From an uncultured Alphaproteobacteria bacterium (GTDB lineage: Bacteria > Pseudomonadota > Alphaproteobacteria > Rhizobiales > Xanthobacteraceae): a stretch of DNA of 64,000 bases. The stretch spans positions 5,105 to 69,104 of the forward strand of contig CAVQWD010000011.1 of the NCBI GenBank assembly GCA_963717265.1, in the 5' to 3' direction. The position numbers were made by a program, and so were the translations under genes. Positions 38,926 to 48,148 of this stretch are shown in pieces (the first letter of the stretch is position 1; each line of letters begins with the position of its first letter). The notes below the pieces were generated by a model. The model did no database searches and was not told where the DNA came from. It saw only the letters and a program-made list of their open reading frames with translations.

Positions 38926-39822
38926 ATGAAGGAAGAAGCAGTCAGTTTTCAATCGGCGGGTTTGCGCCTGCATGGCGTGCTCGGGGTGCCCGAGGGCATG
39001 CAGCCGTCGGAGCGGCGCGCCGCGTTCCTGGTGCTGCACGGCTTCGGCTCCAACTGCAAATCCTCAAACGTGCTGCAGCCGACGCGGATGCTCAGCGATT
39101 TCGGCTACGTCACGCTGCGCTTCGACATGCGCGGCTGCGGCAAGAGCCAGGGCGAGTTCGGCCGCGTCATCTGCCTCGAACAGGTCGAGGATTTGGGCAA
39201 TGCGCTCGATTTCCTAAGCCACCATCGAGCAGTCGATCCCGACCGGATCGGGGCGATCGGATCGAGCTTCGGCGGCGCGGTCGCGGTCTATGCCGGCGGC
39301 ACCAACCTGCGCGTCGCCGCCGTAATCTCCAATGGCGGCTGGGGTCACGGAGAACGCAAATTCCGCGGCCAGCATCCTAGTCAGGAAGCCTGGGCGAAAT
39401 TCACCAAAATGCTCGAAGAGGGCCGTACCTACCGCGCCCGCACCGGCCAATCGCTCATGGTGCCACGCTACGACATCGTGCCAATCCCCGATCACGTGCG
39501 GGCGAACCTCGAAAAGCAGGGCGTAGGTATGCTGGCACCGGGCTCGGTCGAAATGTTTCCAGCCGAAACCGCACGGAGCATGTATGACTTCCGCGCCGAA
39601 GAAGTGGTCGGCAAGATCGCGCCGCGCCCGCTTCTGCTGATCCACGCGGCGAAGGATTCGGTGACACCCACCGAGCAATCGATCGAAATGTTCAGGCGCG
39701 CCGGCCAGCCGGCGGAGCTGCACCTGTTCTCCGGCCTCGATCACTTTCTGTTCGCAGAAAAATCCACGCGCGTGTGGACCATGATGCGAGGCTGGCTCGA
39801 CACCTATTTCCGGGCGAAGTGA
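38926..39822 (+). CDS. Alpha/beta hydrolase
   Basis: FLVLHGFGS, nucleophile elbow GSSFGG, C-terminal LDHFLF. Confidence 0.8.
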   Translation: MKEEAVSFQSAGLRLHGVLGVPEGMQPSERRAAFLVLHGFGSNCKSSNVLQPTRMLSDFGYVTLRFDMRGCGKSQGEFGRVICLEQVEDLGNALDFLSHHRAVDPDRIGAIGSSFGGAVAVYAGGTNLRVAAVISNGGWGHGERKFRGQHPSQEAWAKFTKMLEEGRTYRARTGQSLMVPRYDIVPIPDHVRANLEKQGVGMLAPGSVEMFPAETARSMYDFRAEEVVGKIAPRPLLLIHAAKDSVTPTEQSIEMFRRAGQPAELHLFSGLDHFLFAEKSTRVWTMMRGWLDTYFRAK

Positions 39823-40008
39823 GATGAAAAGCGCATTGTTTCCCCGATGCGCCGCGGCGCGCAGCGATCCATGCATGACCTGGCATCGTCGCGGACGCTG
39901 CGCCTGGGATCTGAGCTTGCGACGATCCCGGGTCTGCGGCGCATCATTCCGCTTCGTTCGATGCTGGGCCGTACCCGGGAAAAGCATGGCAATGATTGGA
40001 GGCGCAAT

Positions 40009-41094
40009 GTGAGTGCGGACAAGATCGTGGTCCGCCACGAGGAACTTGTGCGTTTCATTGCTGACGTGCTGACGGCCTGCGGCGCAAGCGCGGCAGATGC
40101 GGCGAGCGTCGCAGAAGGTTTGGTCTGGGCCAATCTACGCGGCATCGACGGCCACGGCGTCTCGCGCCTGCCGCGCTATCTGAGAATCATCGAGCGCGGC
40201 GAGATCGACGCAAAGGCACAGCCGAAATTGATACATGATCGCGCCGCCACCTTCGTGCTCGACAGCGGTCACGGCTTCGGGCCCGTCGCGGCCATGCAGG
40301 CCGCGGCGCTGGCGGTCGAGCGGGCAAAGAACGTCGGCGTCTGTTTCGGCCTGATCCGGGAGACCACTCATACCGGCGCGATCGGCCGCTATGCGCAATG
40401 GATGGCCGAGCGCGGCTGTGCCGCCATCGTCATGGGCGCTGGACCGGCGCTGATGGCCTACCACGGCGCACGCATTGCCAGCATGGCAACGAGCCCGGTA
40501 GCGATCGCGGTGCCGAGCGGCGACGGCGCGATCGTGCTCGACATGGCGACCAGCACCATCTCCAATGGCAAAATAGTGCAGGCGCGACATACCGGCGAGG
40601 CGCTGCCGCCTGGAACGGTGCTGACCGCCTTCGGCCAGCCGACCACTGATCCAAGCAAGGCCGAGATTCTGCTTCCGCTCGGCGGTCCGAAAGGTTCCGG
40701 ACTCGCCCTGATGTTCGAAATGCTTACAAGTGTACTCGCCGCCGCGCCAATTCAGGCGCGCGCGCTCGGCCCGGAAAAACGCAGCCGTCACGTCAACAAC
40801 ACTGCGATGCTCGCCGTCGACATCGTGAGCTTTCGGCCGCTTGGCGATTTCACCCGCGACGCTGATGCACTGGCCGCAATCATCAAGGCGCTGCCGCGTC
40901 AAGCGGGTTTCGACGAGATCACGCTGCCGGGCGAACGCTCGCGTCGCACCGAAGCCATGCGCCGGAGATCCGGCATCCCGATCCCGGGGAAGCTGTGGGC
41001 GGAACTCAAGAGCATCGCCGAAGCGCGCAGAATCAAAATGCCGGGGCGCTTCCGGGCCGCCGCGGGCGAGTCTGGCGAATCCGATTCGGCATAA
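40009..41094 (+). CDS. Ldh2-family (malate/L-lactate/sulfolactate dehydrogenase type 2) oxidoreductase
   Basis: GTG 40009 lies 6 nt after GGAGG. LRGIDGHGVSRLPRYL...THTGAIGRYA...ISNGKI...PLGGPKGSGLALMFE. Confidence 0.8.
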   Translation: MSADKIVVRHEELVRFIADVLTACGASAADAASVAEGLVWANLRGIDGHGVSRLPRYLRIIERGEIDAKAQPKLIHDRAATFVLDSGHGFGPVAAMQAAALAVERAKNVGVCFGLIRETTHTGAIGRYAQWMAERGCAAIVMGAGPALMAYHGARIASMATSPVAIAVPSGDGAIVLDMATSTISNGKIVQARHTGEALPPGTVLTAFGQPTTDPSKAEILLPLGGPKGSGLALMFEMLTSVLAAAPIQARALGPEKRSRHVNNTAMLAVDIVSFRPLGDFTRDADALAAIIKALPRQAGFDEITLPGERSRRTEAMRRRSGIPIPGKLWAELKSIAEARRIKMPGRFRAAAGESGESDSA

Positions 41095-41428
41095 TTTGCC
41101 AAACGAAGAAAGGTTTTCAATAAACAGCAAGCGCAACTTGGCAAGAAACGAGCAATTTCTGGGAGAAATCCAGGCGTCAGCCGCAAATGGCTTGGCCGCA
41201 GCCGCGGAGCCGAACGCAAGACGCAGATCGTTGCGGACCCGTGGCGGATACTTGCATCCTCGACAAGACCACGTCGGCTTGCGCAGAACGGCAATTTCGC
41301 CTTCGAAAATTCCACCTTTGGCGTTTCTCGCCGCGCGAGGCGTGCTAATATGGCAGTGGGCCCGCAGGCCAGCGAGGCAATCGACGTCGAAATGTGCGTA
41401 GCCAAGACCGGCAAGAGGATAGGGACAC

Positions 41429-41867
41429 GTGCGCGATAAATATTTTGGCTCGCACGAGTTCCAGGCGAGAACCGAAGTCACCAAAACGTCGTCCGATCGC
41501 GGCTTCGGACTTGTATTTGCAGCTTTTGCAACTCTTGCCGGAGCGATTGGTCTTTGGCGTGGAACCGGGCGTTGGCCGATCTGGTTCGGCGTCGCCCTCG
41601 TGATACTGATTCTGGCGCTCGCAATCCCGCGCGCGCTCGCGCCCCTCAATCGGGCCTGGACTAAGTTCGGGCTTCTGCTCCACGCCGCTGTCAGCCCGGT
41701 GATCTTGGCCGTTCTCTTCTACGGCTGCATCGCGCCGATCGGATTCCTTATGCGGCTGAGCGGTCGGGATCCGCTGCAGCCAGCGCTACGAGCCCCGCGG
41801 CGAGAGCTACTGGATCAAGCGCGAGCCGCCCGGTCCGCCGGCCGAAAGCTTCCGCAACCAGTTTTGA
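41429..41867 (+). pseudogene. SxtJ-like membrane protein, +1 frameshift
   Basis: Two TM helices. ...MRLSGRDPLQ continues in the +1 frame as QRYEPRGESYWIKREPPGPPAESFRNQF-stop. Extra c in gcagCCagc (41780-41781). Confidence 0.65.
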
Positions 41868-41875
41868 GGTGCCCG

Positions 41876-42028
41876 ATGGTGTCCTTCCTTAAAGAGTTCT
41901 GGGCGTTTCTGCGCGTGCGCAAGAAATATTGGCTCCTACCCGTCTTCGTCGTCATGGCGGTGTTCGGCGGGCTCGTCGTGCTGACAAAGGGCACTGCGGT
42001 TGCCCCGTTCATCTACACTCTGTTCTAA
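41876..42028 (+). CDS. SxtK-like / DUF5989 small membrane protein (50 aa)
   Basis: MVSFLKEFWAFLRVRKKYWLLPVFVVMAVFGGLVVLTKGTAVAPFIYTLF. Sandwiched between the SxtJ-like and carbamoyltransferase genes, as in the conserved triad. Confidence 0.65.
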   Translation: MVSFLKEFWAFLRVRKKYWLLPVFVVMAVFGGLVVLTKGTAVAPFIYTLF

Positions 42029-42037
42029 AGTCGTCCC

Positions 42038-43873
42038 ATGCGCGTGCTCGGGCTTTCCGCCTTCTACCACGACAGCGCCGCAGCCCTGGTTGACGACGGC
42101 CGCATTGTCGCCGCCGCACAGGAGGAGCGCTTTACCCGCAAGAAATTCGATGCCGGCTATCCGCGGCTGGCCATCGAGTATTGCTTGAGCGCTGCCGGGA
42201 TCGGCCTTAAAGACGTCGACTGCGTTGTCTTTTACGACAAGCCGTTCATCAAGTTCGAGCGGCTCCTCGAGACGTATCTGACCTTAAGCCCGCGCGGATT
42301 CACATCATTCCGGATGGCGCTGCCGCTGTGGCTGCGCGAAAAACTGTTTCAGAAGTCGCTGCTTGCCGGCGAACTGAAGGCGCTCCAGCCGGATTTTGAC
42401 TGGCAGAAGCGGCTATTGTTCTGCGAGCACCATCTCAGCCACGCCGCGTCGGCATTCTTTCCGTCGCCGTTTGAGCGCGCGGCGGTGCTGACGCTCGATG
42501 GCGTCGGCGAATGGACCACGACCGCCGCGGCCGTCGGAAACGGCAAGGATCTTGCAATCCATAAGGAGATCCATTTTCCTCACAGTCTAGGTCTGCTCTA
42601 CTCGGCGTTCACCTATTACGCCGGTTTCAAGGTCAATTCCGGCGAATACAAGCTGATGGGCCTTGCACCCTACGGCACACCGCGCTTCGCTCAAACGATC
42701 CGCGACAATCTCATCGACATCAAGCCCGACGGTTCGTTTCGCCTCAACCTCGACTATTTCAATTATTGCACAGGGCTGACGATGACCAATGAGCGCTTTC
42801 ACATGCTCTTTGGCGCGCCGCCACGCGACCCGGAATCGCTGCTTGCACAAAAGGACATGGATCTCGCCGCATCGGTGCAGGTCGTCCTGGAAGAGGCGGT
42901 GTTGCGGCTCACTCGCAGTCTGGCCCGCGAGAGTGGGTCGGAGAATCTCTGCCTGGCCGGCGGCGTTGCGCTCAATTGCGTCGCAAACGGCAAGATCCTC
43001 CGCGACGGCGCGTTCCGCAATCTCTGGATCCAACCGGCTGCGGGGGATGCGGGCGGCGCGCTGGGCGCCGCACTCGCCGCCTATCACATCTATGCCGACA
43101 GGCCGCGCGCCACACTGAACGCAATCGACGGCATGCAGGGCGCCTTTCTCGGCCCGCAATTCAGCCAGAGCGAGATTGAAGCACGCTTGCAGCGGGCCGG
43201 TGCGCGCTTTGCCACACTCAGCACCCAGGCCATGCTGGACTCGACCGCGAAGGCGCTGGCGGAGGGCAAAGCCGTCGGCTGGTTCCAGGGGCGCATGGAA
43301 TTTGGACCGCGGGCGCTCGGTAACCGCTCGATTCTCGGCGATCCGCGCAGCCCGATGATGCAGAAGAACTTGAACTTGAAGGTGAAATATCGCGAAAGCT
43401 TTCGCCCTTTCGCACCCTCGGTGTTGCGCGACCAAGTTCCGAACTGGTTCGAGCTCGACGTCGACAGCCCCTACATGCTGCTCGTGGCGCCGGTGGCGCC
43501 TCAGCACATCAAGCCGATGAGCGCAGACGAAGAGGCGTTGTTCGGCATCGACAAGCTCAACGTCGTCCGCTCAACGATACCGGCGGTGACCCACATCGAC
43601 TACTCGGCGCGCGTGCAGACCGTGCATCGTGAGACCAATCCGCTCTACTGGGAGCTGATCACAAGGTTTCACGAACTCACCGGCTGTCCGATCCTGGTCA
43701 ACACCAGCTTCAACGTGCGCAGCGAGCCTATCGTCTGCACGCCGGAAGACGCGTTCCGCTGCTTCATGGGCACCGACATCGACATGCTGGTCGCCGGCAA
43801 CTCCATCCTCGACAAACGGCAGCAGAATCCGGCGCTGAAAGTCGACTACAAGGATCAGTTCGAGCTCGACTGA
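42038..43873 (+). CDS. Carbamoyltransferase (NodU/CmcH/SxtI family)
   Basis: MRVLGLSAFYHDSAAALVDDGRIVAAAQEERFTRKK...full length 611 aa, with the C-terminal YrdC-like/transfer domain (NTSFNVRSEPIVCTPEDA). Confidence 0.9.
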   Translation: MRVLGLSAFYHDSAAALVDDGRIVAAAQEERFTRKKFDAGYPRLAIEYCLSAAGIGLKDVDCVVFYDKPFIKFERLLETYLTLSPRGFTSFRMALPLWLREKLFQKSLLAGELKALQPDFDWQKRLLFCEHHLSHAASAFFPSPFERAAVLTLDGVGEWTTTAAAVGNGKDLAIHKEIHFPHSLGLLYSAFTYYAGFKVNSGEYKLMGLAPYGTPRFAQTIRDNLIDIKPDGSFRLNLDYFNYCTGLTMTNERFHMLFGAPPRDPESLLAQKDMDLAASVQVVLEEAVLRLTRSLARESGSENLCLAGGVALNCVANGKILRDGAFRNLWIQPAAGDAGGALGAALAAYHIYADRPRATLNAIDGMQGAFLGPQFSQSEIEARLQRAGARFATLSTQAMLDSTAKALAEGKAVGWFQGRMEFGPRALGNRSILGDPRSPMMQKNLNLKVKYRESFRPFAPSVLRDQVPNWFELDVDSPYMLLVAPVAPQHIKPMSADEEALFGIDKLNVVRSTIPAVTHIDYSARVQTVHRETNPLYWELITRFHELTGCPILVNTSFNVRSEPIVCTPEDAFRCFMGTDIDMLVAGNSILDKRQQNPALKVDYKDQFELD

Positions 43874-44000
43874 TCGGCCTGATTTTTGCGACCGTAAAGA
43901 GACCAGATCTCCGGATTTCTCGATCGCCTGCCGGCCTTGACATCGACGCTTGCTCCAGTAACGTAACTTGCAGCGCAGCATAAAAGCCGGTGGTCCGCAT

Positions 44001-45159
44001 ATGAGCGATCTGCGCCCATCTGGAAGCCTCGGAAAACGCGGGCTTCTCAGAAAACTGGAGCCGGTATTTCTCATCATCCCTTCGGCTTTGATCGGCATAT
44101 TGTTGGTTGAGCTGTTCTGCCGGCTGTTCGTGCCTTCAGTCGGCCCAGCTCAGGACGCATTTGATGGAACGAGGCGTCTGTTTTTTCTCGACGGCGCCGG
44201 CACGATTTTTCAAGACCACGGCGACATATTCACCTTCTTTCCCCACGATGACGTTAGAACCGTTTCGGTATATTTCTCCGATGACGGCTACCAAGTCGTG
44301 TACGACTACCGCTTCCGAACCAACAATTTCGGGTTAGTCCAGGACGCCAACGTCGTGCCCGGACGCGACTCTTCTCCTGATCGTCGGCGACTCCTTCACC
44401 GAAGGACTCGGCGCCGAACCGTGGTTCCGGCTCGTAAGCCCGCAAATCAGCCTGCTCGGCTATCAACCGGTCAATGGCGGATTACGGGGGGCCGGATTCG
44501 AACAGTGGCTCAAGCTCATTCGCTTCTTGACGGCCAAAGACGTCCGCATTCGAAAGCTGGTCGTCGTCTTCATTTCCGACGACTATCATCGAGTGGTGTA
44601 TAACTATAATTCGAACGATCTTCGGTGCCTTACGGATCTCACGCTTTGCGATCTCAAAACGGGAAAGACGTACGTTTATCGTTTGCCGCCGGCGGATCAG
44701 CTCCCGGCCTGGATCGCGAAGCTTAGAGCGGCTCGCGCGCCTCTGACAAAGAAATCGTGGCTTGGATCCCATGTGGCGAAGCTACTGCCGGCGAGCTATC
44801 AGGTTTTCCATTATTTCAAAATGCGTCTCGTAAGCGCCCGGCAGAACGCGCGTTTGGCCGCAGCCGAGGAGCTATCTCGTCGTGCCATTGCCGAATTGGT
44901 CAGGAATTATGGGGCTGAAAACGTCGCGTTCATACACATACCGCAGAAGGGCGAGATCAGCCGGCCGGATGAGCTCGGTTTGAAGGCACGGCAGTCGATC
45001 CGAGACGCGGGTGGGCGATTGTTCGACGGCTTCAAGCTTTGCCATCTGACAGTGTCTGACTATTACGTCTATGACGATCACCCGAACCCCGGCGGCTATG
45101 CCAAAATCGCATCTTGCGTCAATGCCATCTTGCACGGCTGGCTGGCAAAGCCTGAATAA
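44001..45159 (+). pseudogene. Membrane-anchored SGNH/GDSL hydrolase-like protein, +1 frameshift
   Basis: N-terminal TM (VFLIIPSALIGILLVELF). ...NNFGLVQDANVVP continues in the +1 frame as (D)ATLLLIVGDSFTEGLG...block V YVYDDHPNPGGY. Repaired by removing one c of ccc 44358-44360. Confidence 0.7.
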
Positions 45160-45169
45160 GGCGCTGGTG

Positions 45170-46036
45170 CTAAAAGGCGCCGCAGCCGCAAATGACCTGC
45201 TTGAGCGTGTGCAGCAGGACCTTCAGGTCGAGAAGAACGCTTCGTGTGCGCACGTATTCCAAATCCCAGTTCAGGGTTTCGCCCCAGTCCAGAAACCCGC
45301 GTCCGTGGACCTGGGCCAGGCCGGTAATTCCCGGCATGCATGAAAATTTATACATCTCCTCGGGCGTATAGTATTTCAGCACTTCGGACGCCTCCGGACG
45401 CGGGCCTACCAATCGCATGTCTCCGGCGAGGACCGACCACAGGTTCGGCAGTTCGTCTATCGAGAGTTTGCGCAGGATGCGCCCGGCGCGGGTGACTCTG
45501 GGGTCGTGACGAAGCGTCGGAAACCGAGAATGGAACTCCCCCGGTGCAAAATCGTAGGCGTAGAACTCCGGAAAGCGGCTGCGCGCATCGTGAAACATCG
45601 TGCGCAGTTTTATCATCGTGAAATAGGTCGGCACGTAGTACCAGGTCGCCGGCTCGTAACCGCCGGGTGGCGGCTGCAAATCCGATCGATCTCTAAGATC
45701 GCGGCCCAGCACTTTGATCGAGCGCCCCGGACGTCGGTGGTAGAAGATTGGCGGCCCCGGGGAATCGAGGCAGATCACCGCGGCCGCGATCAGGATCAGC
45801 GGCAAGCTGACAATCAGCCCGATCAACGCCGCAGTGATCTCGAAACACCTGTAGCCCGCCTCCGCCAGGTGGCTAGGCGATTGTCCGATTTCGCGGACCG
45901 GCACGGCGTGGACCCGGCCGTGCCTTTGCGCCGCGAAGGCCACCAGCGCCGGCCTCGGATCCACCGAAAGCGCGGCGCCAGCAACTGCGTCGGGCGGGAC
46001 GCGCATTGGCGTTTGCCCTCCTGCGTCCGCCAACAT
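45170..46036 (-). CDS. Polyprenyl-phosphate sugar-1-phosphate (priming) transferase, bacterial sugar transferase family
   Basis: FEITAALIGLIVSLPLILIAAAVICLDSPGPPIF...KLRTM...DPRVTRAGRILRKLSIDELPNLWSVLAGDMRLVGPRP. Confidence 0.85.
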   Translation of the reverse strand: MLADAGGQTPMRVPPDAVAGAALSVDPRPALVAFAAQRHGRVHAVPVREIGQSPSHLAEAGYRCFEITAALIGLIVSLPLILIAAAVICLDSPGPPIFYHRRPGRSIKVLGRDLRDRSDLQPPPGGYEPATWYYVPTYFTMIKLRTMFHDARSRFPEFYAYDFAPGEFHSRFPTLRHDPRVTRAGRILRKLSIDELPNLWSVLAGDMRLVGPRPEASEVLKYYTPEEMYKFSCMPGITGLAQVHGRGFLDWGETLNWDLEYVRTRSVLLDLKVLLHTLKQVICGCGAF

Positions 46037-46055
46037 ATCGGCAGACGCTCCCGCT

Positions 46056-47357
46056 CTACTGGGCGTGCCAGTTCTCCAACGAGTGCGACCACTTGTTGAA
46101 GAAGTCCTTGCTGAGATCGGACAAGGGCAGACCGATCGGCAACCGAGAACGGCCGTATTTCGCGAACGCCAGGTACGCCTTGATTGTCTTGAGATCGTCT
46201 TCCGAAGCCAAGGCAAGGCCCTCGTTGACGAAGTGCATGATCATCCCCTTCTTGAGAGCCGCCTCGAGCATGCGGTCGCGCTCGGACTCCTCTTCCGGCA
46301 GGGCGAAAATGCTGTACAAAATCACGTTGACGTTGCGGTGTTCGACGATGTGCCACAACGTCGGCAGGTGCAGCATGTCTTCGAGATCGAACAACTCGAG
46401 ATCGGCGGTGAGGCCGTTCTTCTTGCTGTAGTCGAGCAGCATGTAGCGCTGCAGGTGCACCGGGATCGGGTACGTCGACGAGGTGTTGTTGGCAACGTAG
46501 AAGATGTTGGACTTGCCGTTGTTGAAGATGACCTCTCGCGACGGCCGCGCAGCAAGTCTCTCCTCTTCCTCCTCGGTCTCGGGAATGAGGTGGAAATAGC
46601 CAGCCGGGATCTTGCGGCCGAGCAGGTCGCCATAGATGCCCTCGGCGATGCGGAAGTCCATGCTGACCCGGGTCTTGTTGGTGAGGTTCGGGTGCCCGGA
46701 GCCGTGGATGTTCTCCTGCGTGAAGGCGCAGAAGCTGCCAGGCTTGGCCTTGATCTGATGGCTGTACTTGTCGAACAGCGCCGTCATGTCTTCCATGCTG
46801 AGCCGCTGGTCGATTGCCTGCTTGATCAGCTCGCGCGACTTCTTGATGCCGATGATCTGCATCGAGCGGCTGCGGTCCTCGTCCTTGGTCACGTCGACGA
46901 ATGGCATCCAAAGGCTGCGCGACGCGATGCCGTGACCGTAGAGCAAGCCCGTGTGATACGGGAAAAACAGGTCTGGCGTGGTCGGCAGCATGATGCGCAC
47001 GTTCATGTACCGTTGCACCGCAACCGGCGTCCGCAGCTTGCCTTTCGGGACGACCACCTCGCGCACGAAGCGGTTGAGCATTCGCCGAAACTCCGGAAGA
47101 TTGGTATCGGCGCAGAGCTGCTTGGTGACTTTGAACGTTTCCGGCTGAGGCACTACCTTGTGCAGGTAATTCAGATCATCGAGCGGGTATCCCATCTTGC
47201 GGATGCGATCGAGAATCCATTCGCTGAACGGAAACCGGTCAGGCGGATACTCAATGATTTGCGCATCCCATTCATGGGTCAGGCTGTACTCCAACTGCTC
47301 GTCGATCTCGTTCGCCTGAACCGGGACTAGCTTCTTGGCCTCGACTGCCACATTCAT
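46056..47357 (-). CDS. Two-domain hypothetical: oxygenase-like N-domain fused to a small C-domain reminiscent of 'sporadic carbohydrate cluster' (LIC12192-type) proteins
   Basis: Uninterrupted 433-aa ORF. N-part has a distal His/RxS-like segment (FTQENIHGSGHP...KTRVSMDFRI). C-part (IFYVANNTSSTYPIPVHLQRYMLLDYSKKNGL...VILYSIFALPEEESERDRMLEAALKKGMIMHFVNEGL) resembles recalled TIGR04323-type sequences. The assignment is tentative. Confidence 0.6.
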   Translation of the reverse strand: MNVAVEAKKLVPVQANEIDEQLEYSLTHEWDAQIIEYPPDRFPFSEWILDRIRKMGYPLDDLNYLHKVVPQPETFKVTKQLCADTNLPEFRRMLNRFVREVVVPKGKLRTPVAVQRYMNVRIMLPTTPDLFFPYHTGLLYGHGIASRSLWMPFVDVTKDEDRSRSMQIIGIKKSRELIKQAIDQRLSMEDMTALFDKYSHQIKAKPGSFCAFTQENIHGSGHPNLTNKTRVSMDFRIAEGIYGDLLGRKIPAGYFHLIPETEEEEERLAARPSREVIFNNGKSNIFYVANNTSSTYPIPVHLQRYMLLDYSKKNGLTADLELFDLEDMLHLPTLWHIVEHRNVNVILYSIFALPEEESERDRMLEAALKKGMIMHFVNEGLALASEDDLKTIKAYLAFAKYGRSRLPIGLPLSDLSKDFFNKWSHSLENWHAQ

Positions 47358-47684
47358 AACGCCCCTCCGAGAGTACCTTACGATTCGCTCTTGGGTTCAT
47401 CCCAGGAGCGAGAGTAAATTTAGCACTCTTTCGCGGAAGAGAAAAGCAGGCGCTGCAAGATATAGATGGAACTTCCCCGGCGCTCGCAAGGGTCCGCCTT
47501 AGTTTGGCCACAAGGGCTTGAACCGAGGGCTCTCCGCATCCGAGTATCATGCGTCCAATACCGATGGCCAAATAAGCCCGCCGCGGATATCTTGCTTTAA
47601 GGCAGAGGCCCAGACCGTCGGACAATAAGGCGATCATTTAGCGTCAGGCGCTTGCGAAGACTTCAAGGCATTCTGGGTACGACG

Positions 47685-48068
47685 ATGGATGGTGGTGAAT
47701 CGTTCTACTTTGGCAACGCGGCTTTGGACCAGATCGGCGGGAGCGGCTGGTTCGTCGGCCAGTTCGTTCCCCCCGAATTGGGTCAACGGCACCAGACCGC
47801 TGTCGAAGTGAAATGGGGCAAACACTTCGATGGCGAAAGGCGGTCCCAGCCGTGGGCGCAAGGACACGGCACAACAATTTCGGTCTTGATCCGCGGCCTG
47901 TTACGCGTGCAATTCCATGCCGGCTGCAAAGCGCAGGTCGTGACGCTGCAGCGAGAGGGAGACTACGTCATTTACGGCCCATCGGTCGTACACTCGTGGG
48001 AGGCGACCGGCGATACCCTGGTTCTCACCGTGCGTTTCCCGTCGGTTCAAGTTGGCGGGGCAGTCTGA
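47685..48068 (+). CDS. Cupin-like hypothetical protein
   Basis: MDGGESFYFGNAALDQIGGSGWFVGQFVPPE...EVKWGKHFDGE...VVHSWEATGDTLVLTVRFPS. Beta-barrel-like pattern. Function unknown. Confidence 0.45.
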   Translation: MDGGESFYFGNAALDQIGGSGWFVGQFVPPELGQRHQTAVEVKWGKHFDGERRSQPWAQGHGTTISVLIRGLLRVQFHAGCKAQVVTLQREGDYVIYGPSVVHSWEATGDTLVLTVRFPSVQVGGAV

Positions 48069-48148
48069 AAATATATGATGTCAAGTCGACGGCCCGCGAT
48101 CCGAAACGAGCGATGGGATCGCGCACCATGTCCAGCAGGGACTGAGGC

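Noticed and set aside
40135-41649. 504-aa minus-strand ORF
   Set aside because: It is antisense to the Ldh2-family gene and runs through the intergenic region into the SxtJ-like gene. No recognisable domain.
8593-44360. Programmed +1 ribosomal frameshifting as an explanation for the split genes
   Set aside because: There is no shared slippery heptamer, no stimulatory structure and no in-frame rare or stop codon at the sites. The seven genes are functionally unrelated, and orthologous families are normally single-frame.
46065-47330. 421-aa plus-strand ORF
   Set aside because: It is the mirror of the 433-aa minus-strand gene. The minus frame has normal amino-acid composition and family-like motifs, while the plus frame is Arg/Val/Asp-rich repeats.
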